Shown one piece after another: positions 1 to 11,515 of a stretch of 64,000 nucleotides of DNA (the first letter of the stretch is position 1; the number at the start of each line of letters is the position of its first letter). The stretch lies in the IMG/VR virus record IMGVR_UViG_3300013233_000773. One strand, 5' to 3'. Below the pieces are notes generated by a model, which was not told the DNA's origin, searched no databases, and saw only the letters and a list, made by a program, of their open reading frames with translations. A program made the translations under genes and the position numbers. Source of the stretch: a virus.

Positions 1-2418
<2,418 letters not shown>

Positions 2419-2421
2419 TCG

Positions 2422-2432
2422 TTCAAACATAG
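2422..2432 (+). promoter_or_regulatory. Candidate late-promoter motif TTCAAACATAG
   Basis: AT-rich CAAAnATAG-type motif in a short intergenic gap about 25 nt before the ATG at 2457. Similar motifs precede several structural genes. Confidence 0.4.
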
Positions 2433-2456
2433 CGTGGAAATGTCTGGAGACCCGCC

Positions 2457-2888
2457 ATGATGGACCTAGAGTATCGCCTCGACGCCGTCCTCAAGGAAGA
2501 GACTGAAGAAGCGAACGCACAGGACCTGGCCCTCCTGGCAAAGGAAGTCCTAGCCCAGATACAGGACCTAGAGACCAAGCTACAGGGAGCCAGGACGCAG
2601 CTGGTGCACATCATAGAGAGGCTGAACGGAGAGCTCGGAACTGAGATCAGGAAGAGGCAGAACAAGATCGGAGTGAGCCACAGGGACGGCTCCTGCACCT
2701 GCGGGTACAGGAGCCGCGACCTCGTCTGCCGACCGGACCTGCAGGCTGGAAAGTGGAGCATTGGCGGGCGCATGGGACGAAGCTTCCTAAGACATCACCC
2801 AGAAGTAGTCCACCTTCACGGAGACGTCGGACCGCTTGCGGATGCCATCGTTGGGTTCTTCAAGAGATACTACAGGACATTGGCATGA
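2457..2888 (+). CDS. Hypothetical protein with N-terminal coiled coil
   Basis: 143-aa ORF with GGAGA RBS. Its stop overlaps the next ATG (ATGA coupling). Confidence 0.75.
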   Translation: MMDLEYRLDAVLKEETEEANAQDLALLAKEVLAQIQDLETKLQGARTQLVHIIERLNGELGTEIRKRQNKIGVSHRDGSCTCGYRSRDLVCRPDLQAGKWSIGGRMGRSFLRHHPEVVHLHGDVGPLADAIVGFFKRYYRTLA

Positions 2889-3208
2889 ACGAAGACCTCC
2901 CAGAAGTTCCACCGGAAGCAGTCGCGGCCATCGGCCAGATGATGACCACGACCGGGCAGCAGACGATCGCCAAGTTGGCCCCGGACGAGGGTATAAAGAA
3001 CACTCCATCACTGATCGAAGGCCTGAAGAACGGCAGGGTGCCAGGTACGGCAATAGTGGAATGGCGCGACGAGAAGGGGCCGCTCCAGGTGAACGTCATT
3101 GACTTCCTCATGCAGCCCATCCTACGCGCCACGGACCCAGCAAGCGGACAGACCGTGCGCGTAAAGTCCTCAGCAGTCCCCGACGGCACATGGAGATGCC
3201 TGCATTGA
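2885..3208 (+). CDS. Hypothetical protein (start MNEDLPEV)
   Basis: C-terminal part of track ORF 2753..3208. ATG 2885 overlaps the upstream TGA. Confidence 0.65.
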   Translation: MNEDLPEVPPEAVAAIGQMMTTTGQQTIAKLAPDEGIKNTPSLIEGLKNGRVPGTAIVEWRDEKGPLQVNVIDFLMQPILRATDPASGQTVRVKSSAVPDGTWRCLH

Positions 3209-4728
3209 GGCCGCTAGACCCAAACGAAGCCCTACAGTTGGCTGCGGAGAGGTTCGAAACCGCATGCAAGCAGCATGGTCTATTCTACGACCTCACCTCG
3301 GACGAGGCGAACGAACAGGGCTTCCTGCTTAAGGACAAGAACGGAGCAGAAGACGTCTACAGGGACGTCCTCGGACTCATCGACGGCCTCAACGTCCACC
3401 TGGACGTCGACCGCAACCGCAAGGATGGAGTCCTCTTCCTCTTCACTCCAGAAGCCATACAGGACGGATACTGGAAGAAGCCAAGGAAGAAAATAGACTA
3501 CAGTATCTTCGCCAACGATGATGACGCCAAGGCCGTAAGACAGGGACGCGCCATCGGCATGAAGAACCACCCCGCCATGAAGCACAGGTCCAGGAGGTCC
3601 AACGAAGAACTCATGGACCGCATAGACCTCGCCATGTCCGAAGGGCAGTACAAGTCCCCGACAACCAAGCACCTACGCTCCCAGAGCGGGTTCCGCAGTT
3701 CCTTCGGAAAGACGAAGTCCTTCGGAGGAATGACCGAAGGCGGCCCCTATACAGGAGCCGGATCCGGCAGCTCAATACCGCCTACCATCGAAAAGACCGG
3801 CAACCCCGGAGTCTCCGGCTACGCCAGGACCAACGACTGGCTCGGCAAGGGCAACGGCGAAGGACCCATCACGAGGCCCTACAACAAGCGTAGAAACGCC
3901 AGGAGCAACCCCAAGACAATAGGCGGGCCGACCGTCAAGGAACAGGGCCTCCTGAACGCCATAGACGCCGCCATAAACGAACGGACCATACCCAGACAGG
4001 TCGCAACCGTCGGACGGACCAACGACCCCCGACCACGGCGCAAGGGCAGCAAGAAAGTCCCCGGACCAGCCAAGTTCGGCGGAACAGAAGGCCCAGAAGA
4101 GCTGCTCGGCGAACCAGACAGGAATCCAAGGGCAGACAACAAGCTCGGGAAAGACCCAAAGGTCGTCCACAACGAGCCAAACCCCATGCTGACCACCAAG
4201 AGGCGGAACATGGCCAGACCACTCGGCGTGTTCGGACCGTCAGACCGCAGCAAGCCGGCCGGAGGCACCGCCTACGACCAGGAAGGAAGCAGGGGCAGCA
4301 ACGTTAGGGTGCAGCACCCACCGGACAGAAGCTTCGATGCCTCATCACCAAAGATCTCCGTCGGAAAGTCCAGAAACGACCCGCCAGCCAAGGACAGCAA
4401 CCTAGTCCAGCTGGGACGCCTTGAAAAGTACGACCCCGTCTACGAAAGCGTCTACCGTCCAGAGGACGGCTACGAGTTCATGCAGCTGCTGGTACGCGAA
4501 CTTGGCCTTCTCACCGCCCCAAGGAAAGTCGTGCTCCCCGACTCGGAGTTCGTCAAGGCCTGCGACGGAGACGTCCGCCTGGAGTTCACGGAGGGGACCG
4601 GAGACAAGAGAAGGTCCGGAACCCTCACCGTATATAGACGTGGCCGCAGGTTGTCCACGATGGACGTCGACCTGGAGGACGGAACGACCGTCGACGCAGC
4701 CACGAAGAAGATCCTGGAGAGACTCTAG
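3190..4728 (+). CDS. Hypothetical protein with basic, Gly/Pro-rich, probably disordered centre
   Basis: 512-aa ORF coupled to its neighbours. Codon pattern matches adjacent genes. Confidence 0.8.
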   Translation: MEMPALRPLDPNEALQLAAERFETACKQHGLFYDLTSDEANEQGFLLKDKNGAEDVYRDVLGLIDGLNVHLDVDRNRKDGVLFLFTPEAIQDGYWKKPRKKIDYSIFANDDDAKAVRQGRAIGMKNHPAMKHRSRRSNEELMDRIDLAMSEGQYKSPTTKHLRSQSGFRSSFGKTKSFGGMTEGGPYTGAGSGSSIPPTIEKTGNPGVSGYARTNDWLGKGNGEGPITRPYNKRRNARSNPKTIGGPTVKEQGLLNAIDAAINERTIPRQVATVGRTNDPRPRRKGSKKVPGPAKFGGTEGPEELLGEPDRNPRADNKLGKDPKVVHNEPNPMLTTKRRNMARPLGVFGPSDRSKPAGGTAYDQEGSRGSNVRVQHPPDRSFDASSPKISVGKSRNDPPAKDSNLVQLGRLEKYDPVYESVYRPEDGYEFMQLLVRELGLLTAPRKVVLPDSEFVKACDGDVRLEFTEGTGDKRRSGTLTVYRRGRRLSTMDVDLEDGTTVDAATKKILERL

Positions 4729-5354
4729 TGGCTGTCCCCGAAAAGGACAACAGGATAAGGCTCTTCCCCACGGAGGTAGACTTCGACCAAGAGGTCGGGG
4801 TGACCGGCCAGGCGCACGACGGATTCCCTGCGCCGGGACAGCAGCCAAGGTTCGACTGGATGCGGTCGTTCCTAATAGGTCTCCTGGCGAACCAGTCCTC
4901 CGACGCGGAGCCGTTCGAACACAGGACCGGAACCCTGTGGTTCAAGCGCGCCGGCGAGGACGCCATGAAGGTCTTCGACGGCAGCACATGGAACGACCTC
5001 TCGCAGCACGTCGTCCTGGAGGACGTGGATGGAAGGAGACTGTCACTGTCGGAGTGGTTCGACGAAGCTAGTCCCGTCCTTGACCGGATACAGCCCGAGG
5101 TGACCTTCAGCGGATCGGCAGTGCTGGCCACGACCGAGATAGCCGTTCCCGACGAGCTGACCAGCTCCATCGGACGCACCATGAGGCCCTTCGTGCACGT
5201 CAACGGGCTGCTCCTGGACCCACGAACCGTCAGCCTGTCGGGAACCGGTCCCTTCAAGGTAGTCCTGACGGAACCGATGTCCGCAGGGGACAGGTTCACG
5301 GTGATCATCGAGCCGGTGGCCGTCTTCGTCGAGGAAGACGTCATAGCCAGATAG
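4728..5354 (+). CDS. Putative virion structural protein
   Basis: 208-aa ORF with GTG start overlapping the upstream TAG. Beta-strand-like C-terminal region (FVHVNGLLL...VVLTEPMSAGDRFTV). Confidence 0.7.
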   Translation: MAVPEKDNRIRLFPTEVDFDQEVGVTGQAHDGFPAPGQQPRFDWMRSFLIGLLANQSSDAEPFEHRTGTLWFKRAGEDAMKVFDGSTWNDLSQHVVLEDVDGRRLSLSEWFDEASPVLDRIQPEVTFSGSAVLATTEIAVPDELTSSIGRTMRPFVHVNGLLLDPRTVSLSGTGPFKVVLTEPMSAGDRFTVIIEPVAVFVEEDVIAR

Positions 5355-5365
5355 GGAGGGGCAGG

Positions 5366-6502
5366 ATGAAAAGGATCACCACGCTGCAGGAAGCCTATGC
5401 GGCGTTCTTCCCACACGACGACCACCACCAGGGTGGTCCAGACAAGGGTGCACACGGCATCATCCAGTTCGTGATAAGGGACCGGAACGGCAACGTCCTG
5501 CGAAGACACTTCGAACCCAACATAGTGAAGATATTCGCCAAGGAGATGCTCGCGCACCGCCTACCCTCCAGCGAAGTCTGGGACCCACAAGCAGACAGCG
5601 GCACTGGAAACTGGATAGCGTCCGGGATAGACCCGACAGAGGAGTTCGCCGCACGGTACGTCCTGTTCGGCGCGTCCTTCGACACGGCAGGCCTCCCGCT
5701 TGACCAGGACGACAGCAGGTTCTACGTGGACGACCCGGTCACCGGCAAGAAGGTACCGGTCAGGCTCGGCCCCGGGGCTGAGTTCGACGGCGGACTGATC
5801 AACGCCATACCCTTCTCCGAGCCCGACAGATCCCTGAAGAAGGTTGAAGTCACCTCGTTCCAGGCCACCTTCCAGCCAGCCGGCAGCCCCCTCCAGCAGG
5901 ACGACGTCCGCGGCGTCAGGAACATCGTCCAGCTGCAGACCACCCTCAGGCTGGACGAGTATAACGGCTTCGGCCTGACCGACGCCGACTTCTTCACCAT
6001 CACCGAGGTCGCCCTGGCGGGCGGACGAAAGATCGGGCTGGTGGACCAGTGCGACTGCACCCCGAGGGAACTATTCCTGGAGGGCGCGGCTGGCACGGCC
6101 ACCGGGACCTCACCGACCAGCACCGGTGGGACCGGCGGCAGCCTAGTCCCGATCCCGGCCACGGCCAACGGAGGCGACGTCGTCACCCTGGACAATTCCT
6201 TCACCGACGTCGACCTGATCAAGATAGGAGATCAGGTCAGGCTGGCCGGACGCTCCGACGGACCCACCGAGGACTCATTCGGGCAGGTCACCCCCTTCTA
6301 CCTGGTCATAAACAAGCTGCCTGGGGGCCGCGACGTCCAACTGGACAGGGACGTGGTCGACGGAGCGAACGACCCCATCACTGGCTCCGTGGGCCTATTC
6401 CGCGACACTCTCCGGATCTTCTCCCACAGGATCCTGTCCGTGCCGCTAAAGAAGTCCTCAGACTTCGAGATAGACGTCATCTGGTCCATAATCTTCAATT
6501 GA
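5366..6502 (+). CDS. Putative baseplate/tail-fibre attachment protein
   Basis: 378 aa with GGAGGGG RBS. Motifs such as NIVKIFAKEMLA, FTITEVALAGG and FSHRILSVPLKKSSDFEIDVIWSIIF resemble myophage baseplate/tail-fibre-base proteins (recognition by eye). Confidence 0.55.
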   Translation: MKRITTLQEAYAAFFPHDDHHQGGPDKGAHGIIQFVIRDRNGNVLRRHFEPNIVKIFAKEMLAHRLPSSEVWDPQADSGTGNWIASGIDPTEEFAARYVLFGASFDTAGLPLDQDDSRFYVDDPVTGKKVPVRLGPGAEFDGGLINAIPFSEPDRSLKKVEVTSFQATFQPAGSPLQQDDVRGVRNIVQLQTTLRLDEYNGFGLTDADFFTITEVALAGGRKIGLVDQCDCTPRELFLEGAAGTATGTSPTSTGGTGGSLVPIPATANGGDVVTLDNSFTDVDLIKIGDQVRLAGRSDGPTEDSFGQVTPFYLVINKLPGGRDVQLDRDVVDGANDPITGSVGLFRDTLRIFSHRILSVPLKKSSDFEIDVIWSIIFN

Positions 6503-6532
6503 CGACATGGTCCATGCCGATATTGTGCAGAC

Positions 6533-7435
6533 ATGGATAGGCGCGAACGCGACCAACTAATATGGGAACATAAGTGGATCGCTGAATACCTCGTAAACAG
6601 GCTGCGTGCGCGTGGCCTGGGACGCGACATCTGGCAGGAGGCCATGCTCGGTCTCCTGATGGCTGCGGAACGGTATGACAAGAAAAGGGGTAAGTTCGTC
6701 AAGTACGCATTTCCCTACGTTCATGGGCACGTCATGAACGCCATAAACAAGACCATGACCGGACACATATGCAAGATTCCATACGAAAGGCTATGGTACT
6801 ACGTCCAGGTCAATAACTGCCGGACCATATTCGAAAGAGAAGGGCCGGAACAGCTAGCTGACTTCGACCACAGGCTACGGACCACGATGCCGAGGAACGT
6901 CTTTATAGGATGGCTCACGTACAAGGCAATGAAGGAAGAGCTGGACGAGCATCAGCACGAGGGTCGGCATGAAGGCAGGGCCTGCGACGTACTGGAGGCC
7001 ATCCTCAACGAGGAGCTCAGGGAGGCAACCAGGACAGCACTGGACGAGTTGGAGGGCAAGCATAAAGCACAGGCGCAGGTTCTACGGATGCGGTACGGCA
7101 TCGGATACGCAGAGATGTCCCTGCAGGCCATCTCCGAGAAGCTCGGATGCACCAGGCAGAACGTGCACATCCACCAAGGCAAGGCAGAAAAGGCCATGCG
7201 CCCCCTGCTCATAAAGCACCTGTCAAAGGTTTACGGGGACTGGTGGTGCGGTACTGATCCCCAGAAGGGAGGCGCGGATGACCGAAGAACAGCTAGTAGA
7301 GCACATCACAGAAGGACTCAAGGAGTCAATAAAGGAACAGGCAAGCAAAGAAGGCATATCCATACAGCACGCAAGGACGGAGCTGATGAAGGGACTACTC
7401 GAAATCTACGTTCCAAAAGGGAGCGTGCAGTCTGA
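6533..7435 (+). CDS. Sigma-70-family RNA polymerase sigma factor
   Basis: Region 2 (DIWQEAMLGLLMAAERYDKKRGKFVKYAFPYV) and region 4 HTH (VLRMRYGI...SLQAISEKLGCTRQNVH). The last ~50 aa overlap the next gene. Confidence 0.85.
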   Translation: MDRRERDQLIWEHKWIAEYLVNRLRARGLGRDIWQEAMLGLLMAAERYDKKRGKFVKYAFPYVHGHVMNAINKTMTGHICKIPYERLWYYVQVNNCRTIFEREGPEQLADFDHRLRTTMPRNVFIGWLTYKAMKEELDEHQHEGRHEGRACDVLEAILNEELREATRTALDELEGKHKAQAQVLRMRYGIGYAEMSLQAISEKLGCTRQNVHIHQGKAEKAMRPLLIKHLSKVYGDWWCGTDPQKGGADDRRTASRAHHRRTQGVNKGTGKQRRHIHTARKDGADEGTTRNLRSKRERAV

Positions 7436-7499
7436 CAGGATCGGATATTGCGGGAAATGCGACGCTGCGATATTGGACGGTGAATGCGGCTGCAGCTAG
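7278..7499 (+). CDS. Small hypothetical protein with C-terminal Cys cluster
   Basis: 73 aa with AAGGGAGG RBS before ATG 7278. Ends CGKCDAAILDGECGCS. Confidence 0.6.
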   Translation: MTEEQLVEHITEGLKESIKEQASKEGISIQHARTELMKGLLEIYVPKGSVQSDRIGYCGKCDAAILDGECGCS

Positions 7500-8137
7500 C
7501 GGGCATGCTTTCTTGGCCTCGTCATGACGCCGAACGAGATGTCCGGAAAGAGCCTGGACGAGACTCCACGCTTCTTCATCTTCTCCTGCTGCCGAAGGAC
7601 GTTCGACGGAACGCTCCTCACTACCCGATAGGGTTCAGGCAACCCCTCCCTGCCCGCCTCCGGTTCGCCAATGGACGACCTGCCTGCTGATATCCTCGGC
7701 ACCTCCTCTAGCCGCTTGACCAGCTCAGCCTGGTTCTCCTCGCTGCCCTCTTCCTCTGGCTCCTGTATCAGGTCCGCCATCGGGAGTGCGTCGACTATTG
7801 CATCCACAAGCTCCTGCATCGTTCCTCCATGACCACGGCGCGCCGTGACCGGACTAATCCTTAGCAACGCCTGCCTCACCACCTCCGGCCCAACCTGACC
7901 ACTCTGCCTAACGTCCTGCGGAATCCTCCTTACGAGATCCTGCAGGGCCCTCTGCACTATCCTACGCTGCCTTACGGTTAGCTCAAGGAGTAGACCAGAG
8001 AGGCTCTCGCACAGCCGCTCCTCAGTCACTAGGAGCCCGCAGCCGGAGAAAACCTCGGCTAGTTCGGCAAGCAGCAGGGAACGGTGCCCAAGGACCATAT
8101 CAAGGTCTTCAATCAAGCTCATGCCGTATCTTTGCAC
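7496..8137 (-). CDS. Hypothetical protein
   Basis: 213-aa ORF; likely start MSLIEDL. An internal GGAGG-ATG (MQELVDA) could be a second start. Confidence 0.6.
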   Translation of the reverse strand: MQRYGMSLIEDLDMVLGHRSLLLAELAEVFSGCGLLVTEERLCESLSGLLLELTVRQRRIVQRALQDLVRRIPQDVRQSGQVGPEVVRQALLRISPVTARRGHGGTMQELVDAIVDALPMADLIQEPEEEGSEENQAELVKRLEEVPRISAGRSSIGEPEAGREGLPEPYRVVRSVPSNVLRQQEKMKKRGVSSRLFPDISFGVMTRPRKHAR

Positions 8138-8331
8138 TCCTGCTGCCGGACCTCACCTCGTACCTACCAGGATCTATTGAATTACTGTCGCTGTACCTGT
8201 CGGAGCTATTCGAAAAGCCACTCCCCTGGTTCACGCGCAGGAGAACCCTCGTCGGGAACTTGAAGATCTCCATGATGGGACTGCGCAGCCTAGATAGATA
8301 CACGGTCACAGCTCCCTCGCATAGGCCATAA

Positions 8332-8865
8332 TTAGGCCTGACCATCGTTCCCGCGAAGATAGTCTGGCAACGATTGTCCAACAAACTTGCGTATAAACTC
8401 CTCCTGTACTGGCATGGACAGACCATACTTCCTGGCTTCAGCGATCGCACGCTCCACATTCCAGCCCTGTGAGATCCTGTAGCACGCCACGAACGTCCCC
8501 GTGCGCCCCCTGCCAGCCTCGCAGTGAACGAAGAAGCGTCCCGCATCATGATTGCGCAGGACCCGCAGAAACTGCCATACCTGCGACATGGTAGGAGCCG
8601 TGTTGTCGATGACCGGAATGCGCAGGTTCCCCATACTTAGTTCCCTACTAGCCTCTCGGTCAATGTCCCTCTCGGCAGCAAGGTTAATACACGTCCTGAC
8701 ACCCATCTTGGCCAACGCCCTGTAGTCAGCCATGTTCCTAGGCCGCGATCCACGAACTAGGTCGCTGGATACCTCGGCCACATAATGTCTGACAGGATAC
8801 CATAATCCGAGAAACTCAAGAAGCCCAATAAGCTTCCCTATAACGTTCTTGACGTAGTCAAACAT
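8332..8865 (-). CDS. Dual-specificity/tyrosine protein phosphatase (CX5R family)
   Basis: Catalytic loop VHCEAGRGRTG and general-acid loop PVIDNTAP. Hydrophobic N-terminus. Confidence 0.9.
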   Translation of the reverse strand: MFDYVKNVIGKLIGLLEFLGLWYPVRHYVAEVSSDLVRGSRPRNMADYRALAKMGVRTCINLAAERDIDREASRELSMGNLRIPVIDNTAPTMSQVWQFLRVLRNHDAGRFFVHCEAGRGRTGTFVACYRISQGWNVERAIAEARKYGLSMPVQEEFIRKFVGQSLPDYLRGNDGQA

Positions 8866-8904
8866 GGTCCATTGCTCCTTAACCTGGACTGAATAGGCTA
8901 AGTC

Positions 8905-10668
8905 CTACAGGCTGATCCAGGCGTTGCCGGTGAAGAACTTCAGCAGAGTACCATCGAACCAGAAGTCACTGAACTCAGGGTTTCGCCCAAGGAGGCAGGT
9001 CAGTCTTGGAAGGATGTGCGTCTCATAGTCCATGTTGTCCGCAGAGAGGCCCTCCGCGTCCACCACTAGCTTGACGATCGGATGCACCAGGCCGCCAACA
9101 TAGCCAACCGGCTCTATATGCGGATTCTCGCGCAACTCGTCCGGGAAGCCGGGCTTGGTGCGGAAGTCTATTGCATCGCCCAGGCCGTCGTCCTTCTCGG
9201 TCACGTAGCGGTTGTCGTCCGACGGATTTACCGGAACCTCGCGGCGCGCGGTGGAACCGGCCAGCGCACTGAACTGGTCCCTCGTGGGCGACCACCTCGG
9301 AGATCGGTCCACCGAGAGGAAGGACAGGATCCCGGCGTCCTGGGTGAAGGTAGCGAGCGGCGGCACGTCCAATATGGCAAGGAAGCTATTGAAGAAGTTG
9401 TCGACCTCGTCCGTGGTAGCTCCCCACAGGCTGCTCAGGACGACGTGACCCGACCCGAAGCCCTGCATGAACGACTCAGACTCGGTCCCTACGCGCCCAA
9501 GAAGATCGTCCGACGGCACTATGTCTACGACCGTGCCCGGTGCCATGCTCCGTTCCAGGGTGAGGGTTCCGAACTCCACGTCCTTCGGAACTCCTGCTGG
9601 ATCTATCGAGTGGGTAGAGAAAGTGATCTTCAGGCTGCTGGCAAGGTCATCCAGCCGCTCTATGCTGGAGAGCCAGACCGGGAAGTTCTGCCTGGTATCG
9701 TCGTCGCTCGCCTCATCCCTCTCGGGAGCGGTGATGCTCATCTCTGTGAAGAGGATCTTCGGAACGGTTATGCCGTTGACTGCCGTCCTGCTGGCCCCGA
9801 TCCGGAACGGGAAGTTAGTAGCCTCCAGCCACGAGTTGACGTTGGCGTTCTGGTCCGGGATGGCGTTCCAGGCACTGTCCACCAGAATTCCGGTCCCATG
9901 ATCGAGGGCGGCCTCGAGGAAGTCATCCGGCGTGGTGATGCCACCAGGACCAGTGCCTACCATCTCGTACACAGCCGGAACGTCGAAGATGCCGTCGCTG
10001 TCGCTGTCGGTGGCCCCGTCGGGCGGTGCGAGCTTCTTGAAGAAGTCCTGGACCGCAGCGTCCGCGAGGTTCTGCGTGCGGAAGGTGACGAAACCGTCCA
10101 CGGTGGTCGCCTCGCCCGGATCGATCGGGTTCGGCTCCTCTGCAGAGTCGGCTATCGTGATGCGATTGAGCTGATAGGTGAACACGCTGTCGATGAGGTA
10201 GTCGACGAAGAACATCGCCACCTCGGAGGCGGACCCCTTCTGTTGGGCGCTGAAGACAAGCCTGAGCTTTCCGGTTATCGCGTCCCCGGCACTGCCGCCA
10301 ATGTTGGTCCCGCTGATGCGCTTGATCTTCATGAGACGCAGCAGCTCCCACTTCGCGGGGAGGCTGACGTGCATGTCCCATATCCACGAGAGGGGCAGGA
10401 CGGTCTCCTCCGTGCCGGTCTTCACCTTTGGAGTGACCAGGAACGGGAAGAGGGACTGATGGCTGAGCCTCAGCTCGATCTGGTCGACCGCCTTGGCGAG
10501 GATCAGCTGCCGGACCACGATGTCGACGTCGGGCCTGTTCAGGACTTCGAAGAACACTGGGTCGAGCGCCGTGAGCCACCGTATATTCAGCGAGGCGTCC
10601 GTCGTGAACCTGTCGAAGAGGTTGCCTGGAGTTATCGTCGGTATCAGGCTGGCGTTTACGGTAGGCAT
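8905..10668 (-). CDS. Putative virion structural protein
   Basis: 587-aa acidic ORF with C-ending codon bias like the capsid and sheath genes. Preceded by a GTCAAACCTAAC motif. Confidence 0.75.
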   Translation of the reverse strand: MPTVNASLIPTITPGNLFDRFTTDASLNIRWLTALDPVFFEVLNRPDVDIVVRQLILAKAVDQIELRLSHQSLFPFLVTPKVKTGTEETVLPLSWIWDMHVSLPAKWELLRLMKIKRISGTNIGGSAGDAITGKLRLVFSAQQKGSASEVAMFFVDYLIDSVFTYQLNRITIADSAEEPNPIDPGEATTVDGFVTFRTQNLADAAVQDFFKKLAPPDGATDSDSDGIFDVPAVYEMVGTGPGGITTPDDFLEAALDHGTGILVDSAWNAIPDQNANVNSWLEATNFPFRIGASRTAVNGITVPKILFTEMSITAPERDEASDDDTRQNFPVWLSSIERLDDLASSLKITFSTHSIDPAGVPKDVEFGTLTLERSMAPGTVVDIVPSDDLLGRVGTESESFMQGFGSGHVVLSSLWGATTDEVDNFFNSFLAILDVPPLATFTQDAGILSFLSVDRSPRWSPTRDQFSALAGSTARREVPVNPSDDNRYVTEKDDGLGDAIDFRTKPGFPDELRENPHIEPVGYVGGLVHPIVKLVVDAEGLSADNMDYETHILPRLTCLLGRNPEFSDFWFDGTLLKFFTGNAWISL

Positions 10669-10717
10669 CTAGTGCTCTCCATGGAATGTCTCCGTTAGGT
10701 TTGACCGCGCACTCTGT

Positions 10718-11032
10718 CTAGTCAAGGTCCAGGGCACGCCTCCCAATGCCGTCCTCGGTACGCTGCTCCGCCTCGCCACGTTCTCTTCCGGCTTCCTGTT
10801 CTGCAACGTGCCCATGCCCGCGTTCGGGCAATAACTCCGAGAGCCGCTTGAGATCAGGTCGTCGTTCCTCCCTATCAGAGTTCAGACTTGGATGATCCAG
10901 ATCCTCCGCACGCAGCGCATCGTTCCTCACATACATGTCGGGCAGCGCATTGTTCCTCATCACATACATGTCGGGCATCTGAGGACCGGCATTGTCCGAC
11001 GCCGTCAATCTCCAGCCAATGGCGCTGGTCAT
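10718..11032 (-). CDS. Hypothetical protein with internal duplication
   Basis: 104 aa with GGAGGTGA RBS. Contains PDMYVMRNNALPDMYVRNDAL. Confidence 0.55.
   Translation of the reverse strand: MTSAIGWRLTASDNAGPQMPDMYVMRNNALPDMYVRNDALRAEDLDHPSLNSDREERRPDLKRLSELLPERGHGHVAEQEAGRERGEAEQRTEDGIGRRALDLD
10912..10977. repeat. Imperfect tandem duplication (30- and 33-bp units)
   Basis: gcagcgcatcgttcctcacatacatgtcgg is followed by gcagcgcattgttcctcatcacatacatgtcgg. Confidence 0.9.
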
Positions 11033-11035
11033 TGG

Positions 11036-11515
11036 TCACCTCCTGTAATGATCGCTGCACACTGGGCAGCCAGAACCATCCTTCACGAAGACGTTCAACG
11101 CCACAAGGTCACTTGACCGTACGAACGCAAAAGGACTCCCATCACGGCCATTGTATCCAACCTCCACCCTTATCTTTCCCGACACTATCCTCTCCTGCAG
11201 CATACAAGTCCTGATAAGGCAGAAGGAATGCAGGTCGCTGCCACCGCCATGATATCCGGCCAGAAGCATGTGAGTCAGCACCTCAGGCTCCGCTCTGATA
11301 CAGGCCCACGGTATGACCATCGACGGATGTCCTAAGACCGTCGTACCGAGCCTACTGCCATGCCTGACGAAGTTCTCGTGGCTGCCGACGACGATCCCGA
11401 CCGACCACCGGTGCCGGACCGAGTCCACGTCCTCGGTCATCAGCATAGCATCACCGCCGGACCTCTCTAGACCGACGAAGCCATCTATCCTCGCCAGTGC
11501 CTCTTCAATGGTCAT
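11036..11515 (-). CDS. Hypothetical protein
   Basis: 159-aa ORF coupled to the upstream LexA-like gene. Confidence 0.6.
   Translation of the reverse strand: MTIEEALARIDGFVGLERSGGDAMLMTEDVDSVRHRWSVGIVVGSHENFVRHGSRLGTTVLGHPSMVIPWACIRAEPEVLTHMLLAGYHGGGSDLHSFCLIRTCMLQERIVSGKIRVEVGYNGRDGSPFAFVRSSDLVALNVFVKDGSGCPVCSDHYRR

Noticed and set aside
8109-8273. Possible 54-aa gene MEIFKFPTR... between the phosphatase and the 7496 gene
   Set aside because: No clear RBS or motif, so there is too little support to list it as a feature.
9082-10698. Long antisense ORFs such as 9082..10698, 18215..19840, 53168..54733 and 47304..48482
   Set aside because: GC-rich shadow frames opposite well-supported genes, with no motifs or RBS.
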